DNA of 64,000 nucleotides from Alphaproteobacteria bacterium. Lineage in GTDB: Bacteria; Pseudomonadota; Alphaproteobacteria; CACIAM-22H2. The notes under the pieces are model-generated. The model was not told the DNA's origin, did not search any database, and saw only the letters and a program-made list of their open reading frames with translations. The stretch lies in the NCBI GenBank assembly GCA_035506575.1, contig DATJPD010000114.1, positions 734 through 64,733 of the forward strand, read 5' to 3'. Of the stretch, positions 1 to 8,543 are shown piece by piece. The position numbers and the translations under genes were made by a program. The stretch's first letter is position 1; each line of letters starts with the position of its first letter.

Positions 1-533
1 TGTTCCCGTGGAAGACCGTCTTCGACAACGTGGCCTACGGGCTGCGGCTCGCGGGGGCCTCGCGCACCGAGATCGCCGACAAGGTGCCGTACTTCATCAA
101 CATGGTCGGCCTGAAGGGCTTCGAGAGCGTCTACCCCTATCAGATGTCCGGCGGGATGCAGCAGCGCTGCGGGCTCGCACGCGCTCTCGCCGTCGAGCCC
201 AAGGTGCTGTTGATGGACGAGCCGTTCGCCGCGGTCGACGCGCAGACCCGCGAGATCCTGCAGTTCGAATTGCTGCGCATTTGGGACATGCGGCCGACCA
301 GCATGCTGTTCGTCACGCACTCGATCGAGGAAGCGGTGCTGCTCGGGGACCGCGTGATGGTGCTGAAGGGCCGGCCGAGCCGCATCCATGAAGAGATCGC
401 GATCGATTTGCCGCGGCCGCGCTCGCGCGCGACCCTGCAGCTACAGCGCTTCGCCGAGCTCCGCGAGCGCGTGTGGGCGACCTTGATGACCGAAGCCAAG
501 AAGGCCGAGTTCGACATCGGCCCCCAAGCATAA
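1..533 (+). CDS. ABC transporter ATP-binding protein, NitT/TauT (nitrate/sulfonate/taurine) family; 5'-truncated at window edge
   Basis: Frame continues from base 3 (FPWKTVFDNVAYGL...). ABC signature LSGGMQQRCGLARAL, Walker B LLMDEPF, H-loop FVTHS. It is followed by a cognate binding protein and two permeases. Confidence 0.85.
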   Translation, partial: FPWKTVFDNVAYGLRLAGASRTEIADKVPYFINMVGLKGFESVYPYQMSGGMQQRCGLARALAVEPKVLLMDEPFAAVDAQTREILQFELLRIWDMRPTSMLFVTHSIEEAVLLGDRVMVLKGRPSRIHEEIAIDLPRPRSRATLQLQRFAELRERVWATLMTEAKKAEFDIGPQA

Positions 534-582
534 AAAACCGACGACGATTGAACCAAGTCAGGGCGAGGGAGGAACAGAACAC

Positions 583-1587
583 ATGACGCTTCGTCAATCC
601 ATCATCGCGGCCGCCGTAGCTGCCGCGACGTTTGCCGCCCCGGCCTACGCCGAGGCGCCGAAGATCACGCTGGCCCCGCCCGGCGTGCCGCCGATCTTCA
701 TCTCGATCATTACGTTCGTGGCGCGCGACGCGGGCTTCTTCAAGAAATACGGGGCCAATGTCGAGCTACGGCAGTTCGACAACGGCACGGCGGCCGGGCG
801 CGCGGTGGTCGCGGGCGACCTCGATGCCTCGATGTCGGCGACGGCACTTCTGATCAGCCAGATCGCCAACGCGAACGTGCCCATCGTCGGGATCTACGGC
901 TTTCCCAAGCCCGACTTCCAGCTCGGCACGACCGATACGGCCAAGGCGACCTGCGAGGACGTGAAAGGCCAGCAGGTGGGCGTCGACACCCCCGGCGGGG
1001 CGCGCGTGATCGCGCTGAAGGCGATCCTCGGCGGCGGCTGTCACATGACCCTCAACGACGTGCAGCAGATTCCGCTCGGATCGAACTCCGCCGCCGCCAT
1101 GATCGCCGGCCAGATCAAGTATGCGGTCCTGCATCTCGACGACGTTCCGGACATCGAGAGCCGGGGCAAAAAGGTCGCGATCATCAAGACGGAGCTCGAG
1201 GCGAGCCCGAACGCGCACAACCTGATGATCGTGGTGCGCAAGGACAAGCTGGCCGAGAAGCGCGACGGCTTCGTGCGCATGCTGGCGGGCCTGATCGGTG
1301 CCGCGCACTACATGGCGGATCCGAAAAATCTCGAGGCGGTGGCGAAGATCGCCGAGGTCACCGGGCGCAGCCACGACATCGCCAAGGGGGCGGTGCAGGG
1401 CTACGTCAAGTTCGGCCTGTGGGCGCAGACCGACGACGGCATGAACCCGGAGCAGCTCGCCAACTTCATCAAGATCCAGCAGGGTGCGGGCAGCATCCTC
1501 CCCGGGAAGACCGCGCCGACGGCCGAGCAGCTGATCGATGCGTCTGTCTGGCGGGACGCCAACGCGCTCGTCGAGAAAACGAAATAG
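583..1587 (+). CDS. ABC transporter periplasmic substrate-binding protein, NMT1/SsuA/TauA-like
   Basis: 334 aa with N-terminal signal peptide (AAVAAATFAAPAYAE). Sits between ATPase and permease genes of the NitT/TauT family. Confidence 0.75.
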   Translation: MTLRQSIIAAAVAAATFAAPAYAEAPKITLAPPGVPPIFISIITFVARDAGFFKKYGANVELRQFDNGTAAGRAVVAGDLDASMSATALLISQIANANVPIVGIYGFPKPDFQLGTTDTAKATCEDVKGQQVGVDTPGGARVIALKAILGGGCHMTLNDVQQIPLGSNSAAAMIAGQIKYAVLHLDDVPDIESRGKKVAIIKTELEASPNAHNLMIVVRKDKLAEKRDGFVRMLAGLIGAAHYMADPKNLEAVAKIAEVTGRSHDIAKGAVQGYVKFGLWAQTDDGMNPEQLANFIKIQQGAGSILPGKTAPTAEQLIDASVWRDANALVEKTK

Positions 1588-1599
1588 GCGAAGACCTCG

Positions 1600-2352
1600 A
1601 TGAGGATGGACGCCCTCAAGCGGCACGGGCCGTTCCTGCTGAGCCTGTTCGGCGGTCTGGTCCTGTGGGAGATCGTCGGCCGGAACACGAGCGCCGCCTT
1701 CATGGCGCCGCTCTCCGGCACGATCTCCCGCCTCATCGAGCTCGCAGGGGCGGGGGAGCTCTGGGGGGAGCTCGGCAGCTCGCTCTCCCTGTTCGTCACC
1801 GGGTTCGTTGCCGCCGTGATCGTCGGGCTGCCGGTCGGGCTGCTGTTCGCGCGCGTGCGCGTGCTGCGCGAGGCGCTCGACGTCTACATCATGATCCTCT
1901 ACGCAACGCCCATGGTGGCGCTGATCCCGTTCATCCTGTCCTTGATGGGATTCGGGTTCGCGCCAAAGGCCCTGGTTGTCTTCTTGTTCGCGGTCTTCCC
2001 GATCCTCTACAACACGGTCGAAGGCGCGCGCAGCATCAAGCCCGAGCTGATCGAGGTTGCGCGCTCTTACCGCTCGAGCGAATGGGCGCTGTGGCGCGAG
2101 GTCATGCTGCCCTACACCTTGCCCTACACCATGACGGGCGTCCGGCAGGCGATCGGGCGCGCGCTGGTCGGGATGGTGGCGGCCGAGTTCTTCCTCAGCG
2201 CATCGGGGCTGGGCGGCATGATCATGACCGCCTCGCAGAATTTCGATACGGCGGGCGTGTTCGCCGCCACTCTGATCATCGGGCTGCTCGGCGTCGGGCT
2301 GATGCGGGTCGGCAGCATGCTCGAGCAGCACTTCGCGCGGTGGCGCGGATGA
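1600..2352 (+). CDS. ABC transporter permease (BPD-transporter fold, SsuC/TauC-like)
   Basis: 250 aa polytopic membrane protein, 12 bp after the binding-protein stop. EAA-like loop region ELIEVARSYRSSEWALWREVMLP. Confidence 0.8.
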   Translation: MRMDALKRHGPFLLSLFGGLVLWEIVGRNTSAAFMAPLSGTISRLIELAGAGELWGELGSSLSLFVTGFVAAVIVGLPVGLLFARVRVLREALDVYIMILYATPMVALIPFILSLMGFGFAPKALVVFLFAVFPILYNTVEGARSIKPELIEVARSYRSSEWALWREVMLPYTLPYTMTGVRQAIGRALVGMVAAEFFLSASGLGGMIMTASQNFDTAGVFAATLIIGLLGVGLMRVGSMLEQHFARWRG

Positions 2353-3155
2353 CCACCGTCGGTGCCGCCCTTCCTGCGGTCCAGGCCAAGGCGCGTACGC
2401 GCGGCACGGCATTGCCGCGCGCGGTCGCCGGGGTCGCCATCCTGCTGGTGTGGCAGGTCACCGTGCGCGCCTTCGCACCCGATTTCGTGGCCACGCCGAC
2501 GGGCATCGTCGAGGCCATTCCGGCCGTCGTCAGCAGTGCGGCGTTCCTCGAGGCGATTGGGATCACGCTCGCTGCCACGGCCGAGGGATTGGTCATCGCC
2601 CTCGTACTCGGCACGGCCCTTGGCCTCCTGATGGGGCGCAACGCCGTCGCCGATCGCGCGTTGCGGCTGTGGATCAACAGCTTCAACGCGATGCCGATGA
2701 TCCTCATCCTGCCGCTCGTGTCGCTGTGGTTCGGCTATTCGAGCCTGGCACGCCTGGCGACGATCGTGTTCGCCGCGATCTTCGCGGTCATCATCAACGC
2801 AGCCGAGGGCGCGCAGTCGGTGCCGCGCGAATATCTCGAGGTCGGACGCTCGTTCCGGTCCTCGGCGTTGCGGGGGCTGTTCGAGATCGTGCTGCCCGCC
2901 TCGATGCCGTATCTGCTGTCGGGCCTACGGCTGGCGGCCGGCCGCGCGATCATCGGTGCCGTGGTCGCGGAGTTCTTCACGGCCATTCCCGGCATCGGCT
3001 ACTTCATCCTCTACAACTCGCGCACGTTCCACCACAACGAGGCGTTCGTCGCCGTCATCTTCCTGGCCGGGTTCGGCGTCGGCTTCGATGCCCTGGTGAA
3101 CTGGGCGACCCGCCGGTATCTGCCGTGGTACCGGCGCGACGAGCAGACCGAATAA
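2349..3155 (+). CDS. ABC transporter permease, second copy (SsuC/TauC-like)
   Basis: ATGA start/stop overlap with the preceding permease. 268 aa, paralogous to the first (EYLEVGRSFRSSALRGLFEIVLP). The listed ORF from 1419 is an in-frame N-terminal artefact. Confidence 0.75.
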   Translation: MTTVGAALPAVQAKARTRGTALPRAVAGVAILLVWQVTVRAFAPDFVATPTGIVEAIPAVVSSAAFLEAIGITLAATAEGLVIALVLGTALGLLMGRNAVADRALRLWINSFNAMPMILILPLVSLWFGYSSLARLATIVFAAIFAVIINAAEGAQSVPREYLEVGRSFRSSALRGLFEIVLPASMPYLLSGLRLAAGRAIIGAVVAEFFTAIPGIGYFILYNSRTFHHNEAFVAVIFLAGFGVGFDALVNWATRRYLPWYRRDEQTE

Positions 3156-3175
3156 CCAGAACTCTAGGGGGAAAC

Positions 3176-4609
3176 ATGTTCCGTCCTGCCGCCTTCGCAT
3201 TGGCCGCGCTCCTCTTGCTCGCCGTCTCCCCTGCTTCAGCCGCCGATGCCAAGGCGCAGGCACACAACATGGCGCTGGCCGGCTACAACGACCTGCAAGG
3301 GCGCAGCGCGTATCAGCCCGTCGTGCACGAGCAGTTCGGCCGCTGGATCGCCTATATCGGCCATCACGGAGGCACCGATGCCGTCGCCAAGCCGATGAAC
3401 CCGCTGACCGGCAAGGCCGAGGACAACGGCACGTCGATCGTCGACGTGACCGACCCGCACCACCCGAAATATCTCGCCCATATCCCGGGCGAGCCGGGCC
3501 TCTACGAGGCGGGCGGGGCGCAGATGGTGCGCGTGTGCGACGGCAAGACCTTGCCCAAGGGCGATCCCAGCAAGGTCTATCTGCTGCGCCCCTTCGGCAA
3601 CCAGGCGCATGAGATCTGGGACACGACCGACCCCGCGCACCCGACGCTCGTTACGCGCGTCGTCGAGGGCCTCAAGGGCACGCACAAGAGCTTCTGGGAG
3701 TGCGACACCGGCATCGCCTACCTCGTGTCGGGCGTGCCCGGGTGGCGCGTACCGCGCATGACCCAGATCTACGACCTGAGCGATCCGGCGCATCCGGTGT
3801 TCATCCGCAATTTCGGTCTTCCCGGCCAGGAGCCCGGCGCCACGGGCCCGACGCCCATCATGCTGCATGGCATGATCTCGATGCCGCAGTCCAATCGCGT
3901 CTATTTCGGTTACGGCACGAACTCCGACGGCATCATGCAGATCGTCGACCGTCAGAAGCTGCTCACCGGTCCCAAGGAACCGACCGACGAGAACCTCCGC
4001 TATCCGGAGGTCAGCCGCTGGACGATGTCGGCCTTCAACGGCGCGCACACGGCGTTTCCGATGCTGAACGTGCCGGTGACGAATTTCAAAGACGACAAGA
4101 TCGGCCGCACGCGCAACTTCGTCGTGGTCACCGACGAGCAGATCCAGAACGAGTGCCAGGAGCCGCGCCAGATGGCGTGGTTCGTCGACGTGACGGTGGA
4201 GAAGACGCCGGTGTCCGTGGCGACGTTCCAGGTGCCGGAGCAGCCGGGCGATTTCTGCCACAAGGGCGGGCGCTTCGGCACGCACTCCTCGAACGAGAAC
4301 ACGACCCCGATCTACTACGGCCGCGAGATGTTCTTCGCCTATTTCAATGCCGGCGTGCGGGCGGTCGACGTGCGCGATCCGTTCCATCCGCGCGAGGTCG
4401 GCTACTACATCCCGACGACGACGAAAAACACCGACAAGCGCTGCGCCAAGCTCGAGGGCGGCCGGCAGCATTGCGCGGTCGCGATCCAGACCAACAACGT
4501 CGACGTCGACGACCGCGGCTACATCTACATCGTCGACCGCGCCAACACCGGGATGCACATCCTCGAGGTCACCGGCGAGGCCCGCAAGATCGCGAACTTC
4601 GCGAAATAG
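3176..4609 (+). CDS. secreted LVIVD-repeat (beta-propeller) protein of unknown function
   Basis: Start ATG at 3176, 20 bp after the permease stop, with signal peptide MFRPAAFALAALLLLAVSPASAADA. There are four or more degenerate repeats of the hhhDhsDPxHP type (SIVDVTDPHHPKY, IYDLSDPAHPVF, RAVDVRDPFHPRE, YIYIVDRANTGMHILEV). 477 aa. Confidence 0.7.
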   Translation: MFRPAAFALAALLLLAVSPASAADAKAQAHNMALAGYNDLQGRSAYQPVVHEQFGRWIAYIGHHGGTDAVAKPMNPLTGKAEDNGTSIVDVTDPHHPKYLAHIPGEPGLYEAGGAQMVRVCDGKTLPKGDPSKVYLLRPFGNQAHEIWDTTDPAHPTLVTRVVEGLKGTHKSFWECDTGIAYLVSGVPGWRVPRMTQIYDLSDPAHPVFIRNFGLPGQEPGATGPTPIMLHGMISMPQSNRVYFGYGTNSDGIMQIVDRQKLLTGPKEPTDENLRYPEVSRWTMSAFNGAHTAFPMLNVPVTNFKDDKIGRTRNFVVVTDEQIQNECQEPRQMAWFVDVTVEKTPVSVATFQVPEQPGDFCHKGGRFGTHSSNENTTPIYYGREMFFAYFNAGVRAVDVRDPFHPREVGYYIPTTTKNTDKRCAKLEGGRQHCAVAIQTNNVDVDDRGYIYIVDRANTGMHILEVTGEARKIANFAK

Positions 4610-4623
4610 CTGGTCGCGACAGC

Positions 4624-5232
4624 TTACTTGTACGCGGCCGCGTTGTTCACGTTGTCGAGCGACGCGCCGGTCGAGGAGACGGCCGTCAGGAGCTTGGCGG
4701 CGATCTGATAGGGCTCGGCCATGCTGAAGGTCTCGGCATGGTGGCCGCTCGGATCGATCAGGGACAAGGTGGCGCTGTGGTCGATGACGTAGTCGTCGCT
4801 CCCGAGCAGGATCTTCTCGTATTTGACGCCGAGCGCGTTCGCGGCGGCCGCGATCTGCTCGGGACTGCCGCCGAGGCCGATCAGGCGCTTGTCGTACTCG
4901 GCCGCGAAGCTGCGCAGGATGGGCCCGTGATCGCGCGCCGGATCGACGGTGATGAAGAGGGGCTGCACGTGCTCGGCGGCCGGGCCGATCTGGTCCAGCG
5001 CCTCGGCCATGGCGCTCAGGCTGGTCGGGCACCAGTCGGCGCAGTGCGTGTAGCCGAAATAGACCAGAAGCCACCGGCCGGCAAAGGACGCCGTGCTCAC
5101 CGTCTTGCCGTCCGCATCGACCAGGGTGAGGGGGCCTGCGAGCGTGATCGGCAATGGCTCGGCCGCCGCCGCGTTCGCAAACAGAACTGCGAGCGCGAGC
5201 AACATGTATCGTGCTTGGCGGAGCATGGTCAT
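4624..5232 (-). CDS. SCO1/SenC family copper chaperone (thioredoxin-like)
   Basis: FGYTHCADWCP CxxxC motif with a downstream His, plus signal/anchor. The start at 5232 forms an ATGA overlap with the upstream gene's stop. The longer ORF to 5271 is the alternative. Confidence 0.8.
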   Translation of the reverse strand: MTMLRQARYMLLALAVLFANAAAAEPLPITLAGPLTLVDADGKTVSTASFAGRWLLVYFGYTHCADWCPTSLSAMAEALDQIGPAAEHVQPLFITVDPARDHGPILRSFAAEYDKRLIGLGGSPEQIAAAANALGVKYEKILLGSDDYVIDHSATLSLIDPSGHHAETFSMAEPYQIAAKLLTAVSSTGASLDNVNNAAAYK

Positions 5233-6188
5233 TCGAGCGTGATCTGAACCTTCCGGCCGAGGGCGCGCCACTGCGCGATCTCGCGGGTGATGCGCTCGCC
5301 GAATTCTGCGGGCGTGCTGCCGACCACGTCAATGCCGTCGCGCCGGCAGCGCTCGACCATATCCGGGGTCTGCATGGCGCGCCGGCTTGCCGCCGCGAGC
5401 TGCTCGACGACCGGCTTGGGCGTGGCCGCCGGCGCCATCAGGCCGAGCCACAGGATGCCCTCGTATCCGGGCAAGCCCATCTCCGCGACGGTCGGGACCT
5501 CGGGCATGAGCGGGCTGCGCGCGTGCGCCGCATAGGCCAGCGCCCGCAGCTTGCCGTCGGCGACCAGCTGGGCCGAGGTTGCGATGGTGTCGAGCTTCAG
5601 TTGCACGTGCCCACCCAGGAGATCGGCCATGGCGGGTGCCGCCCCTCGATAGGGGACGTGCAGCACCTGCACGCCCGCTTGCTGCAGCAGCAACTCCATC
5701 GTCACGTGCGGCAAGGTGCCGTTGCCGGCCGACGCATAGGTCAACTGGCCGGGATGCTGCTTGGCATAGGCGACGAACCCCTTGAAGGAATCGAACGGTG
5801 CCTGTGGCGAGCTGACCAGAAGCTCGGGGATCTCGGCGACGATCGAGACGGGTGCCAGGTCCTTCTCGGTGTCGTAGGGCAGCGTGGCGCGAAGTGCGGC
5901 GTTGATCGTGTGGCTGGGCGTGGTCAGGAGCAGCGTGTACCCGTCGGCCGTCGCCTTCGCGGTCGCATCCGTCGCCAGGATGCCGCCCGCACCCGGCTTG
6001 TTCTCGACCACGATCGTGCCCGGAAGGTCATGGGTGAGCTGGCTCGCCAGCAGGCGGGCCACGAGATCGACCGCCCCACCGGCCGGGAAGGGCACCAGAA
6101 GGTGGATCGGCCGGGTGGGATATTCGGCGCAAGCCGGCTGAGCCAGGGCCAGGAGGGCGTACGCGGCGATGACGGCACGGAGCAGCAT
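5229..6188 (-). CDS. Bug/TctC family tripartite tricarboxylate transporter substrate-binding protein
   Basis: 319 aa with signal peptide. Family hallmarks PFPAGGAVDLVARLL, GYTLLLTTPSH, QLTYASAGNGTLPH. Confidence 0.85.
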   Translation of the reverse strand: MLLRAVIAAYALLALAQPACAEYPTRPIHLLVPFPAGGAVDLVARLLASQLTHDLPGTIVVENKPGAGGILATDATAKATADGYTLLLTTPSHTINAALRATLPYDTEKDLAPVSIVAEIPELLVSSPQAPFDSFKGFVAYAKQHPGQLTYASAGNGTLPHVTMELLLQQAGVQVLHVPYRGAAPAMADLLGGHVQLKLDTIATSAQLVADGKLRALAYAAHARSPLMPEVPTVAEMGLPGYEGILWLGLMAPAATPKPVVEQLAAASRRAMQTPDMVERCRRDGIDVVGSTPAEFGERITREIAQWRALGRKVQITLE

Positions 6189-6322
6189 CGTGATGATGTT
6201 CGCACGCGGGGTGGCGGCCCTTCAATCCGTGGGCAGCGAATTGCTTTGGCCCGGCAATGTTTGTAGCGTGGGCGCCCAAACGGACACACCGCCCCCAACG
6301 AACACTTCGGCGAGGACGCGCC

Positions 6323-7627
6323 ATGGCCAAGAGCAAGCATCCCGAACCCAAGATCGTGAAGCCGGAGGACGTCGATCCGCACCATGACTGGACCCGGCCG
6401 CTGATGGCGCTCGGCTCCATGTCGGTCGATTTCGAGGAGCGGGTCGACTTCCGCCGGCTGCACAAATACCGGCTCGGGCGCACCCGCCAGGCGTTGGCGA
6501 GGTCCGGCCTCGGCGCCATCCTCACCTTCGACCAGCACAACATCCGCTACATCTCCTCGACCGTCATCGGCGAGTGGGCGCGCGACAAGCTGACTCGCTA
6601 TTGCCTGCTCACCGGCCCGGGCGAGCCGTATGTGTGGGATTTCGGCTCGGCGGCCAAGCACCACCGCCTCTACGCGCCCTGGCTCGAGGACGACCATTGC
6701 CGCGCCGGCCTGCTCGGCTTGCGCGGTGCCATCCACCCCAAGGCGGGGCTGTTCCGGCGCGCGGCCGAGGAGATCAAGGCCGTGCTCGAAGAGGAGGGCG
6801 TGGCCGACATGCCGCTCGGCGTCGACGTCGTCGAGCCGCCGATGCTGTTCGAGCTGCAGCGGCTCGGCATCGAGGTTCGCGACGGCCAGCAGGTGATGCT
6901 GGACGCACGCGAGATCAAAAGCCGCGACGAGCTGATGCTGCTCAACATGTCGGCCGCGATGGTCGACGGGACGTATCAGAAGATCTCCGAGGCGCTCAAG
7001 CCGGGCGTCCGCGAAAGCGAGATCGTGGCGCTGGCCAACCACGACCTCTACTCGCGCGGCTCGGACTGCGTGGAGGCGATCAACGCGATCTCCGGCGAGC
7101 GCTGCTCGCCGCACCCGCACAACTTCACCGATCGGCTGATCCGACCCGGCGACCAGGCGTTCTTCGACATCATCCAGTCCTACATGGGCTACCGGACCTG
7201 TTACTACCGGACGTTCAATGTCGGCCGCGCGACCGAGGCGCAGAAGGACGCGTACAAGCGGGCGCGCGAGTGGATCGACATCGCGATCGACATGATCAAG
7301 CCGGGCGTGCGCTCGGACCAGGTCGCGGCCGCGTGGCCCACCGCCGACAAGATCGGCTTCACCAGCGAGATGGAGGCGTTCGGCCTCGAGTTCGGGCACG
7401 GCCTGGGCCTAGGCCTGCACGAGCGGCCGATCATCAGCCGCCTCAACTCGATCGACGACCCGATGGAGATCAAGGCGGGCATGGTGTTCGCACTCGAGAC
7501 CTATTGCCCGGCCGGGGATGGCATCTCGGCGGCACGCATCGAAGAGGAGATCGTCGTCACCGACAAGGGCTGCAAGGTGATCACGCTCTACCCGGCCGAG
7601 AACCTGCCGATCGCCAACCAATATTAG
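6323..7627 (+). CDS. M24 family metallopeptidase (creatinase/prolidase-like, possibly ectoine-hydrolase-like)
   Basis: Creatinase-N-like N-terminus plus a pita-bread C-terminal domain with metal-ligand context (HGLGLGLHERP, EEEIVVTDKG). Start is MAKSKHPE at 6323. Confidence 0.7.
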   Translation: MAKSKHPEPKIVKPEDVDPHHDWTRPLMALGSMSVDFEERVDFRRLHKYRLGRTRQALARSGLGAILTFDQHNIRYISSTVIGEWARDKLTRYCLLTGPGEPYVWDFGSAAKHHRLYAPWLEDDHCRAGLLGLRGAIHPKAGLFRRAAEEIKAVLEEEGVADMPLGVDVVEPPMLFELQRLGIEVRDGQQVMLDAREIKSRDELMLLNMSAAMVDGTYQKISEALKPGVRESEIVALANHDLYSRGSDCVEAINAISGERCSPHPHNFTDRLIRPGDQAFFDIIQSYMGYRTCYYRTFNVGRATEAQKDAYKRAREWIDIAIDMIKPGVRSDQVAAAWPTADKIGFTSEMEAFGLEFGHGLGLGLHERPIISRLNSIDDPMEIKAGMVFALETYCPAGDGISAARIEEEIVVTDKGCKVITLYPAENLPIANQY

Positions 7628-7642
7628 GCGCGGCCCCCCCGC

Positions 7643-8485
7643 GTGAAGGAACTCGCCGGCAAGTCGGCGTTCGTCACCGGTGCGGCGCAGGGCATCGGGC
7701 TCGGCATTGCCCGCGCCCTCGCCGGGGCCGGGATGAACGTGGCCCTCGCCGACATCCAGGCCGACGCGGTCGAGCGCGCGCGGCGGGACATCGAGCGGCT
7801 TGGCGTGCGCAGCCTGGCGCTGTCTCTCGACGTGTCGGACGCCGCCGCTATGGAGCGTGCCGCGCACGAGGTGCGGCAAGCGTTCGGCAAGCTCTACGTG
7901 CTGGTCAACAACGCGGGCGTCGCGCCGCCGGGCAAGCCGGTCTCGCAGTTCACGCTCGAGGAATGGGACTGGGTGATCGGGGTCAACCTCAAGGGCGTGG
8001 TCCACGGGTTGCGCAGCTTCCTGCCGCTCATCCGCAGCCACGGCGAGGGCGGCCATGTCGTGAACACCGCCTCGATCGGTGGCCTGCAGGTGCGGCCCGG
8101 GCGCGGCAGCGGCGCCTACTCGGCCACCAAGTACGGCGTGGTCGCGATCTCCGAATCGCTCGCCCAGGAGCTCGAGGGCTCGGGCATCGGCGTGTCGGTG
8201 CTGTGTCCCGCCGCCGTGGATACTGAGATCTACGCGTCGGCGAAACACCGCCCCCAGCGTTTCGGCGGACCGTACGAGTCGCCGGCCGACAACCCGGTGA
8301 AGGACCAGTTGGCCGCCGGCTGGCCGCCGGACGCGGTCGGGCGGCGGGTGCTGCAGGCGATCCGGGACGACGAGTTCTTCATCTTCACCCAAGAGGAGCC
8401 GCGGGCGTGGATCGAGGAGCGCCATGAGCGCCTGATGGCGGCTTTCTCGCGGGCGGCCCGTTATAATCGCGACCCGGCCGGATGA
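7643..8485 (+). CDS. SDR family NAD(P)-dependent oxidoreductase
   Basis: TGAAQGIGLGIARALA Rossmann motif, NNAG, YSATK catalytic Tyr/Lys. GTG start. Confidence 0.85.
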   Translation: MKELAGKSAFVTGAAQGIGLGIARALAGAGMNVALADIQADAVERARRDIERLGVRSLALSLDVSDAAAMERAAHEVRQAFGKLYVLVNNAGVAPPGKPVSQFTLEEWDWVIGVNLKGVVHGLRSFLPLIRSHGEGGHVVNTASIGGLQVRPGRGSGAYSATKYGVVAISESLAQELEGSGIGVSVLCPAAVDTEIYASAKHRPQRFGGPYESPADNPVKDQLAAGWPPDAVGRRVLQAIRDDEFFIFTQEEPRAWIEERHERLMAAFSRAARYNRDPAG

Positions 8486-8543
8486 GGGGGCGCGCAGCTG
8501 CAACAAAACTGTTGCATAGCGAACCTATAGTTAACGCCTTCTG

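Noticed and set aside
766-2412. 548-aa minus-strand ORF
   Set aside because: Antisense to the ABC binding-protein and permease genes. The product is an Arg/Asp/Gly/Pro-rich low-complexity sequence typical of GC-rich antisense frames.
1419-3155. 578-aa ORF suggesting a much longer second permease
   Set aside because: The first 310 codons overlap the binding-protein and first permease genes in another frame. The true start is the ATGA-coupled ATG at 2349.
2450-4609. 719-aa ORF suggesting an N-terminally extended LVIVD protein
   Set aside because: The signal peptide begins at the ATG at 3176, right after the permease stop. The upstream part overlaps the permease out of frame.
3236-5332. 698-aa minus-strand ORF
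   Set aside because: Antisense to the LVIVD and SCO1 genes. Low-complexity RG-rich translation with no domain features.
6574-8226. 550-aa plus-strand ORF in alternative frame
   Set aside because: Out-of-frame overlap with the M24 peptidase and SDR genes. Arg/Gly-rich, with no start context.
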